Origin: an uncultured Planctomycetales bacterium
Lineage (GTDB): Bacteria > Omnitrophota > Gorgyraeia > Zapsychrales > Zapsychraceae
Direction of reading: 5' to 3'
Assembly (NCBI GenBank): GCA_964535935.1
Contig: CAZHWM010000025.1
Location: 6,159-70,158, forward strand
DNA length: 64,000 bases
Positions 57,095 to 64,000 of the stretch are shown in pieces. Every line of letters starts with the position of its first letter. Positions within the stretch are counted from its first letter, which is position 1. The position numbers and the translations under genes are program-made. The notes below the pieces were generated by a model. That model ran no database searches. It was given only the letters and a program-made list of their open reading frames with translations, and was not told the DNA's origin.

Positions 57095-57853
57095 CTATTT
57101 AATACGCAAACTTACCCTTGAGGTCAACTCACCTGTCCATGCCGAATCCAAGACAATCTTCCTCCACCGTGAAGACTTTACATCAGGACCAAACGTAGTC
57201 TTATTCATATTTTTATATATAAACGTCAACTCATAATCTCCTAACAAATTAAACACATCCCTCAAAATATCTTGCATCACAATAATTTCTTTTATTCCCT
57301 GATGAGCTAAATAAAATCCTCCTCGAATATTAAACATATCCCTTATATCCGCAATAGTCATCCACTGTTCAGCCTTTGGGGGGAAATCCCTTAATCCCAC
57401 CCAATCACCTTCTTTATCTGGTTGCAAATAACTTACGTGATCTATCATATTCAAAGGAATAGGTTCTTTTTTAGTAAAGATTACATTAAGACTCATTGTC
57501 TCTGAAGGAGCTAACTTACGGAAGTGTCTTCTCTCTGGAGTATAAATTATATCAGAGAAACTCGCAGGCCTTAAAACAACCTCTTCTCCATTCGGCTTTC
57601 GGACTTTACACTGCAACTCCCATAACGAAGACCAATTCTTATGAATATCATCAGGAACAAATAGAATGATATCTCTATTAGAAGTATTAATCCAACTTAA
57701 CTTTACTTGAATAGGTTCCCCCCATCGATAAACCGACTTTGACACTTTCGCTGAAAAGACCAGACCATCTGCTGCATATACATGACAACAAAGATAAATA
57801 AACCAAAACACCATCCATATATATACAAACACTCTCTTCATACCAAAATCCAC
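57095..57853 (-). CDS. Hypothetical secreted protein
   Basis: 252 aa. N-terminal signal-like helix (VFVYIWMVFWFIYLCCHVYA). No recognisable domain. Confidence 0.4.
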   Translation of the reverse strand: MDFGMKRVFVYIWMVFWFIYLCCHVYAADGLVFSAKVSKSVYRWGEPIQVKLSWINTSNRDIILFVPDDIHKNWSSLWELQCKVRKPNGEEVVLRPASFSDIIYTPERRHFRKLAPSETMSLNVIFTKKEPIPLNMIDHVSYLQPDKEGDWVGLRDFPPKAEQWMTIADIRDMFNIRGGFYLAHQGIKEIIVMQDILRDVFNLLGDYELTFIYKNMNKTTFGPDVKSSRWRKIVLDSAWTGELTSRVSLRIK

Positions 57854-57922
57854 CTATAATTTATTATTATATCATTATAGGGATAATTTTTCTAACAAAT
57901 TGCGAGGAAAATACCCATTATA

Positions 57923-60049
57923 TCAACGGCTATATCTTCTCCATATAAACACCCCCAGCAAACAGATACAAATTGGAATTAAAACCAAAATAATTGCAAC
58001 AACAGCCCTTTGCCTACTTGTTAACCGCAACCTCTCTATTTTTATCTTTCCACTATCTACCAACATATTATAATCGGTTTCTGACAACCATTTAATCACA
58101 TTAAGTCCCATCTCCGCATTACTATAATCACTAACAAACGCATTACTTAAAAAATCTGCATCTGTAAATACAACTATCCTAGTCGTAGATTTTTTACCCT
58201 TACACTTAGGTTCTGCTATCACATAAGCTATAGGTATTGGTCCTGGTTTATCAACTCCTTCATCAAATTTAACTTTAAGCATACGATTCGTTTCAGCCCA
58301 ACTATTCCTTGATGATGCAGTCAAAACCAAAGGTGCAACAAGTACAGACTTTCTCCTATTCTTTAAAAGAGAAATCGAACGAGGCCTTATATAAAAAGTA
58401 TAATCTAACCCCGACACAATAGCCTTATGCGGCATATAATTTCGTGTAGCAGGACATCCGACATCACTCCCAACATGGTTAGACAAATCTATAACTATAT
58501 CACTACCTATATTAATCCCCCAATAATTCAATATACCATTCAATGAAGGATTTTTTCTTTTTTCCTCTTCAGTAAGAGGCCGATCAGGAGTAGTGACGAC
58601 AGTATGTTCTATCAAAAATAAGGCATCCCCACCCTTCTTTAAATATGACTGTATAATATTCTCCTCTTCCTTTGATAAAAAGTCACTAGGACCAGCAATA
58701 ACCAACACATCACAATCATCTGGGATGTTTTTATTGATTCCTAACATAAGAGGCATAGCTACGAAGTTATTCTCCTCTAGAAGCTTAGCAAAGGTACTTA
58801 AACCACGCTTCGAACTATCATTAATACTATACTCTCCATGTCCTGTAAGAAAATACACCTTTACCTTTCTTCGTGTCACCTGAATAATTCCATGGTTTAA
58901 CTGTGCTTGAGAGAGAGGGGCATTACTAAAATCTATATCCTCCCGAAGTTTTCCTGACTGAACAATAACCTTATTCTCTTTGCCATTTATAACATTTCCA
59001 AACTGAGCGGCATAACCTATATCAACAAGAGGATCTATAATCTTATACGAAACCTTGCCTGCTGACAGCCTTACATACTCATTAAGCATATCCTCTAAAT
59101 ATTCTGGAGGTACCCCCACATAAAACACGGTCAACTTAACATCCTGCTTAAGTTCATGCAACAAAGACAATGTTTCCTTAGCTAACGTATGCTGCAGGAC
59201 CCTTGTCATATCCCAGCGAATATCATGCCTATAAATCAAATAATTTCCAAACACCAACAAACAAAATATCCCTATTATCTCACAAACAGTCAAAAAAAAC
59301 GCTATACACCTTCTCTTTACAAAAAATAAAACATTATCTCCCACATCTCGCAATTTATGAAGGCTAAAAATAGTAAAAAATAGACAAACCAATATACCAC
59401 TAATAAAATAAAAAACATCTGCCAACGTAATAAGTCCTGAAAACAGATCCTGAGAATGAGTTGTTATCCCTATATAATGAACCACATCCTTCATAAGACC
59501 GCCAACATAATTATTAAAAGCAACAGAAAAATACAAAAAGAAAATAAAAACATAAGAGCTAATTGCAGCTACAATCTGACTACGGCTCCAACTTGAACAC
59601 AACATACCAATAGCAATAAATAATGCCCCCTCAATCCATATACCAACATAACCCGACAAAACAGAAAGTCTATCAGGATTAGAAAAATACTCTATTACAG
59701 CATAATAAAAAACCGTCAATATGATAATCAAAGAATAAAAACACAATGCTCCCAGATACTTACCAAAAACAATAACTGAAATCCGGGTAGGAGTAGTCAA
59801 AAGCAATTCCATAGTACCAGAAGCCTTCTCCTCTGCAAAGACCTTCATAGTCAATATAGGAATAATAAAAACAAAGAGAAATTCCATAACCTTAAAAACA
59901 TCCCTAAGACTAGCCTCATGATTTTCATCCAATATCATAAAGAAAAAAACATTAAATACAGATATAGTTAATACTAACACTATATAAGCAATAGGCGATT
60001 TAAAATATGCCCCCAATTCCTTTTTAACTATAGATAAAACCTTTCTCAT
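57923..60049 (-). CDS. ABC-2 type permease fused to a GldG-like ABC-transporter auxiliary domain (GldF-GldG fusion type)
   Basis: N-terminal ~240 aa: KKELGAYFKSPIAYIVL...FAEEKASGTMELLLTTP, an ABC-2/GldF-like permease. The rest (VYFLTGHGE, VLVIAGP, a C-terminal TM anchor) resembles GldG/ABC_transp_aux. ATG 60049 is preferred over the track GTG 60061. Confidence 0.68.
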   Translation of the reverse strand: MRKVLSIVKKELGAYFKSPIAYIVLVLTISVFNVFFFMILDENHEASLRDVFKVMEFLFVFIIPILTMKVFAEEKASGTMELLLTTPTRISVIVFGKYLGALCFYSLIIILTVFYYAVIEYFSNPDRLSVLSGYVGIWIEGALFIAIGMLCSSWSRSQIVAAISSYVFIFFLYFSVAFNNYVGGLMKDVVHYIGITTHSQDLFSGLITLADVFYFISGILVCLFFTIFSLHKLRDVGDNVLFFVKRRCIAFFLTVCEIIGIFCLLVFGNYLIYRHDIRWDMTRVLQHTLAKETLSLLHELKQDVKLTVFYVGVPPEYLEDMLNEYVRLSAGKVSYKIIDPLVDIGYAAQFGNVINGKENKVIVQSGKLREDIDFSNAPLSQAQLNHGIIQVTRRKVKVYFLTGHGEYSINDSSKRGLSTFAKLLEENNFVAMPLMLGINKNIPDDCDVLVIAGPSDFLSKEEENIIQSYLKKGGDALFLIEHTVVTTPDRPLTEEEKRKNPSLNGILNYWGINIGSDIVIDLSNHVGSDVGCPATRNYMPHKAIVSGLDYTFYIRPRSISLLKNRRKSVLVAPLVLTASSRNSWAETNRMLKVKFDEGVDKPGPIPIAYVIAEPKCKGKKSTTRIVVFTDADFLSNAFVSDYSNAEMGLNVIKWLSETDYNMLVDSGKIKIERLRLTSRQRAVVAIILVLIPICICLLGVFIWRRYSR

Positions 60050-60065
60050 ATCAATTACCACTGGG

Positions 60066-60134
60066 ATTCTGCACTATTTAACCTTGTTGATTTGTGCATT
60101 TTTCACTATTTAACAAGGTTGATTTGTGCAGGAT
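60066..60134. repeat. Palindromic intergenic repeat, copy R7
   Basis: attctgcactatttaaccttgttgatttgtgcatttttcactatttaacaaggttgatttgtgcaggat. Confidence 0.95.
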
Positions 60135-60151
60135 AAGAATTAACGCTCAAA

Positions 60152-61081
60152 CTAAGACATCAAAGATAAAAATACTTGTTCCAATCCTTTACGTTTTCTT
60201 TTCACTTCAAATATCTGTGCCCCTATGCCTAATAATCTTGAAATCAAAACATTACAATCATTAACCTCTGGGCAAAAACACACATCCAGACAAAAACCAT
60301 CTATATCTTTATCTTTCTGTATATTATAACTCTGCAACACATTTAGAGACTGCAACAAATTATTAACCTTATCTACTTCTGCTTTAAGATAAATAATAAA
60401 ACTATTTCCACTATCTGATACCGTCACTAAATCTGATAGAAGGGCATCTTTTAATATCCTCCCTTGATCTATAATTATCACACGTTTACTAATCATCTCT
60501 ATCTCGGAAAGTATATGCGTACTTAATATAACAGTACGACTGCCTTCTAACCCCTTAATCAATTCTCTAACCTGCACCACCTGTAGAGGATCAAGGCCGG
60601 CAGTAGGTTCATCAAGAATAAGCACCTGCGGGTCATTAATAATAGCCTGGGCTATTCCAACCCGCTGTCTATATCCTTTTGACAATATGCCTATAGACTT
60701 TTCACTAACATCCAACAATCTACACTCCTCTAACACCCTATCTACCTGTCCCTTAAGTTTATGCTTGGCCACATCTTTCATCTGAGCAACAAAACTCAAA
60801 AAATCACGTACAGACATATTAACATATAAAGGAGGAATCTCTGGCAAATACCCTATACTTTTCTTTACAAATAAAGGATCCCTATTTACATCATATCCAC
60901 AGACAGAAACCTGCCCTGAGGTAGCTGGTATATAACCTGTAATAATTCTCATAAGGGTTGTCTTCCCAGCACCATTCCTGCCAAGAAATCCAACAATCTC
61001 GCCTTTACCTATAGAACAAGACACCCCATCCAATACTTTAAAATTCCTAAAATATTTTACAACACCTGTAATTTCTATCAT
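60152..61081 (-). CDS. ABC transporter ATP-binding protein (GldA-like)
   Basis: GFLGRNGAGKTT is Walker A, LSKGYRQRV the signature, and LILDEPTAGLD Walker B. ATG 61081 (MIEITGV) is preferred over the track TTG 61108. Confidence 0.92.
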   Translation of the reverse strand: MIEITGVVKYFRNFKVLDGVSCSIGKGEIVGFLGRNGAGKTTLMRIITGYIPATSGQVSVCGYDVNRDPLFVKKSIGYLPEIPPLYVNMSVRDFLSFVAQMKDVAKHKLKGQVDRVLEECRLLDVSEKSIGILSKGYRQRVGIAQAIINDPQVLILDEPTAGLDPLQVVQVRELIKGLEGSRTVILSTHILSEIEMISKRVIIIDQGRILKDALLSDLVTVSDSGNSFIIYLKAEVDKVNNLLQSLNVLQSYNIQKDKDIDGFCLDVCFCPEVNDCNVLISRLLGIGAQIFEVKRKRKGLEQVFLSLMS

Positions 61082-61199
61082 AATTTTTCCCGTAAAAAAC
61101 AAAGTCAAAAATACAATAAACCACGAAATAGCTCTTATCTTTTATACAACAATTTATTATCTATTATTTCAACAACAAAAATACCTCAAATTGATATAA

Positions 61200-61751
61200 T
61201 TATCCTGACGGGACCAAAACTTTGGTAATAAGAACTGTAGCTCTAACAATATCTGAATTTCTACGTTTAAGTTTAAGGGTAATTTTCTGTGCGCGCAAAA
61301 GTTGCTCTGAGGTATTAATATTATATAAAAAACGTATTATAGAAGCCATATTACCCTCAATTTCGGCTTCATAAGAATACTCATAAACTATACCTTTTTT
61401 ATTAGGGGGTTGAGGTTTAGTGTCAACAAGATCCACCGAAGCACTATTTGCAATATCAACTATAGCACCATGTAGCCTAGAAGCCTCCTCTTCATCTGAA
61501 CCAGAACGTCTAATATGTAAAATCGTCTTACTATATACTTTTTTAACATTATCCCGCTGAGATAAAGTACGCAAATTGACCTCTAAGGCCTTCTCATTTA
61601 TACGTATATTATTATCTATCTCCTCCAACTTATTATTAATAGGAACAACAATTCCACTATAAACAAAAGAAATCGTCATTAACCCCCCACCTATAATAAG
61701 ACCTACCTTTTCCCTAGAGGATAATTTATTAAAAAAAGATAATATTCCCAT
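61200..61751 (-). CDS. PilO/GspM-like bitopic pilus-assembly protein (tentative)
   Basis: 183 aa. Short cytoplasmic N-terminus, one TM helix (VGLIIGGGLMTISFVY), a coiled segment, then a ferredoxin-like C-terminal region. Directly downstream of PilMN. Confidence 0.5.
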   Translation of the reverse strand: MGILSFFNKLSSREKVGLIIGGGLMTISFVYSGIVVPINNKLEEIDNNIRINEKALEVNLRTLSQRDNVKKVYSKTILHIRRSGSDEEEASRLHGAIVDIANSASVDLVDTKPQPPNKKGIVYEYSYEAEIEGNMASIIRFLYNINTSEQLLRAQKITLKLKRRNSDIVRATVLITKVLVPSG

Positions 61752-61798
61752 AAATTTCCTACTTATACTCCTATATCTTAATCTAAATTTAATAAAAA

Positions 61799-63253
61799 TT
61801 ACACCTTATTCTCATACATACAAACAACAGCAAAATCCGTATATTCCCCCTCTCTCGACTTTTTTGTTTTGGAATAGAGCGTCTTTACCTTTTCAAAATA
61901 AGGCGAAGACTCTAATATATCTACAAACCTTACCACACTTTGCATAGTAGTAGCTCTTCCCTTTAACTCTACAGAGTTTCTTTCCTGAATAGTGACATTA
62001 GTAAGATAAATATCATCAGGGATATTTTTATATATCTCAATAAGCAACTCAAGTGAACTCCCTCTGGCATCCTTCCTTTGTCTCAATAAAGCTATTCTCT
62101 TACGCATTAATTCAACATCTGCTGTTCCAGGCTCAGTTGCAGCTACGGCCTCCTTCAATTTTGCAGCATAACTATTTTTATTATATAAATATACAATAAC
62201 AATTAAAGACAAAACCATCATTATAGCTGCAAATAATACACCTATTATTGTAACCTGCTTTCTTCTCTCTTCCATACGACGCCTCAACTTTACTTCATCA
62301 GGCGTTAAATCCAAATCAATATTTTTATATCCTGCTGCAGCACCTAGAAGAGAACAGATTGAAACAAATCTAAAATCCCCACTCGATAAATATCCATCAT
62401 CCTTTATACGAATATTCCTATAAGGGTCGACAACCCCTACACCTATACCACATTTTTTCCTTAACAGATCATCCAATCCCTTAATATTAATTGCTGTTCC
62501 TGCTAAAATAATACGACCGATCTCTGTCATATCCTTCATCTCATTACGATACACCTCCATAGAACGTATAACGGCATCAATAAACTTATCCTGCCATTTA
62601 TCAGTCTCATCCATAAGATGATTGGCACCTATAAAAATATTACGAGTAAAAGATAATCTATCATTTCTAAGCACAATAATATCAGAATAATTAGAATCTA
62701 TATCTATTAACATAACATCCTGCATTTTAGACCAGTCTACAAGATCCTTACAGGCAAGATTAAACCAATTAAACACCCCCTCTGTACTCATTACAACCTT
62801 ATTTACTTCAATACCCGCACCAGCCATAGCATCTAAACGCTCCATAATAAGACTTCTACGTGCGATAACCAACATAACCTTAGTATACCCTTCCCTTTCT
62901 GAACCTATACGGGTATACGCAGACACTATGCCCTCTTTTGAATAAGGGGTTTGTTTACCAACCTGAAGACTAACCATATTATCTATCTCGACAGGATTTA
63001 TAGAAGGGAACTCAAGAATTCGAACAGTAACAAGATGGCGGGGTATATAAGTTATAACATCCTGTTTGCTAACCTTTAAATCCTTAAATATCTCCTCAAT
63101 GGCTGTAGAAACAGATCCACTTATCTGCGCAAGTTTCACCAATCTAATTTTTGTTATAACCCTTCCTGTCCGAGAAGGGCTATTTTCAGCCACCTTCAGC
63201 CAATCATTACCTATCTCGACAATAACAACAGACCTTTTAGGTTTACAAAACAT
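61799..63253 (-). CDS. Type IV pilus assembly PilM-PilN fusion protein
   Basis: 484 aa. The N-terminal ~310 aa is actin-like ATPase-fold PilM (VVIVEIGNDWLKVAE..., MLIDIDSNYSDIIV, ILAGTA). Then a TM helix (VTIIGVLFAAIMMVLSLIVIVYL) and a PilN-like periplasmic region (VELKGRATTMQSVVRFVDILESSPYF). Confidence 0.68.
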   Translation of the reverse strand: MFCKPKRSVVIVEIGNDWLKVAENSPSRTGRVITKIRLVKLAQISGSVSTAIEEIFKDLKVSKQDVITYIPRHLVTVRILEFPSINPVEIDNMVSLQVGKQTPYSKEGIVSAYTRIGSEREGYTKVMLVIARRSLIMERLDAMAGAGIEVNKVVMSTEGVFNWFNLACKDLVDWSKMQDVMLIDIDSNYSDIIVLRNDRLSFTRNIFIGANHLMDETDKWQDKFIDAVIRSMEVYRNEMKDMTEIGRIILAGTAINIKGLDDLLRKKCGIGVGVVDPYRNIRIKDDGYLSSGDFRFVSICSLLGAAAGYKNIDLDLTPDEVKLRRRMEERRKQVTIIGVLFAAIMMVLSLIVIVYLYNKNSYAAKLKEAVAATEPGTADVELMRKRIALLRQRKDARGSSLELLIEIYKNIPDDIYLTNVTIQERNSVELKGRATTMQSVVRFVDILESSPYFEKVKTLYSKTKKSREGEYTDFAVVCMYENKV

Positions 63254-63278
63254 ACTATTTTAAGACTCCATCACAATT

Positions 63279-63315
63279 ATCCTGCACAAATCAACCTGGT
63301 TGATTTGTGCAGGAT
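63279..63315. repeat. Solo half-unit of the palindromic repeat (37-bp perfect palindrome)
   Basis: atcctgcacaaatcaacc-t-ggttgatttgtgcaggat. The 18-bp arms are exact reverse complements and share cacaaatcaac/gttgatttgtg with the 69-bp copies. Confidence 0.85.
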
Positions 63316-63354
63316 AGATATCAGGATGAAAAATTTATTCAACAAAAACCACTA

Positions 63355-64000
63355 TTATTTGTCTGTATTAACAGTCTCTGGTGCCCATAAACTCTTCATC
63401 GCTTCATACTTATGCCACTTATTAGTGACATCCTTTTGGGCTAACTCCAGCAACATCTTAGCTCTCTCCGGCTTAGATTTAGTTAACATCTTAAACCGTG
63501 TTTCATGATAAGCAAACTCTTCAAATGATATACTTGGTGGCTTTGAATCCAATGAAAAAGGATTCTCTCCTTTTTCAATCAATGCAGGATTAAACCTAAA
63601 TAACGGCCAGTGACCAGATGCAACCGCCCGTTTTTGTTCATCCATAGCTGTTTCCATATTAATACCATGGGCAATACAATGACTATAAGCAAGAATAAGA
63701 GAAGCTCCCTCATAGGCCTCAGCCTCAATTATAGCCTTAACTGCATGTGCATCATTTGCCCCTATAGCTATTGCCGCCACATAAATGCTTCCATAACTCA
63801 TTGCAATCATAGCCAAATCCTTTTTAGCAAGAGGCTTACCATCTGCAGCAAATTTAGCAACAGCAGCCCTTGGTGTAGATTTTGAGGCCTGTCCTCCTGT
63901 ATTAGAATATACCTCTGTGTCTAAAACCAACACATTAACGTTCCTCCCAGATGCTAACACATGATCAAGTCCTCCATATCCTATATCATACGCCCAACCA
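63355..64000 (-). CDS. nifJ: Pyruvate:ferredoxin (flavodoxin) oxidoreductase, C-terminal TPP-binding part; 5' end beyond window
   Basis: The frame stays open upstream of the track start: ...GWAYDIGYGGLDHVLASGRNVNVLVLDTEVYSNTGGQASKSTP...AYSHCIAHG, the classic PFOR domain VI. Confidence 0.92.
   Translation of the reverse strand, partial: GWAYDIGYGGLDHVLASGRNVNVLVLDTEVYSNTGGQASKSTPRAAVAKFAADGKPLAKKDLAMIAMSYGSIYVAAIAIGANDAHAVKAIIEAEAYEGASLILAYSHCIAHGINMETAMDEQKRAVASGHWPLFRFNPALIEKGENPFSLDSKPPSISFEEFAYHETRFKMLTKSKPERAKMLLELAQKDVTNKWHKYEAMKSLWAPETVNTDK

Noticed and set aside
15398-60134. Possibility that the recurring palindromic 69-mers are CRISPR repeats
   Set aside because: The copies are kilobases apart, one per intergenic spacer and in both orientations. 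There is no regular repeat-spacer array and no cas genes.
63355-63960. Track ORF start at 63960 for the PFOR fragment
   Set aside because: The frame stays open to the window edge and encodes the conserved GWAYDIGYGGLDH motif upstream, so the gene is 5'-truncated by the window.

Overview
AT-rich, very gene-dense window with about 65 protein genes. All but one are on the minus strand, and many are joined by 4-nt ATGA start/stop overlaps. It probably comes from an uncultivated anaerobic diderm bacterium, judging from the LPS-heptose genes and the PFOR fragment at the right edge. Positions 1-46128 form one very large cell-envelope glycan locus. It holds GDP-fucose genes (gmd, fcl), a WbaP-like initiating transferase, three O-antigen-ligase/polymerase-family membrane proteins, GT2/GT4/GT26/GT-C transferases, and two sugar modules built around cytidylyltransferases. 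One of these modules combines a transaldolase-family enzyme, a SIS isomerase, a HAD phosphatase, an HpcH aldolase and a KdsB-like enzyme. The most unusual content is a type II polyketide synthase core embedded in this operon: KS-alpha, a KS-beta/CLF with its catalytic triad replaced, and an ACP. Around it sit two HxGTHxDxPxH cyclase-family proteins, a B12-radical SAM enzyme, an acyl-AMP ligase, and a DHAP-shunt-like 5'-deoxynucleoside salvage set (nucleoside phosphorylase, MtnA-like isomerase, class II aldolase-SCP2 fusion, aldehyde dehydrogenase). The right third carries an MntA/HepT toxin-antitoxin pair with a perfect palindromic operator, PadR, a pyruvate kinase lacking the C domain, hldD, and an HK/RR/HD-GYP signalling operon beside a pseudo-receiver. 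It also carries a 28-codon ribosomal protein Thx gene absent from the ORF track, a GldA/F/G-like ABC system, PilMN/PilO, and a truncated PFOR. A ~69-bp nested-palindrome repeat family (8 clear copies plus 1 remnant, REPIN/MITE-like) is scattered in intergenic spacers. It distorts several ORF ends. No rRNA, tRNA, CRISPR array or transposase gene was recognised.
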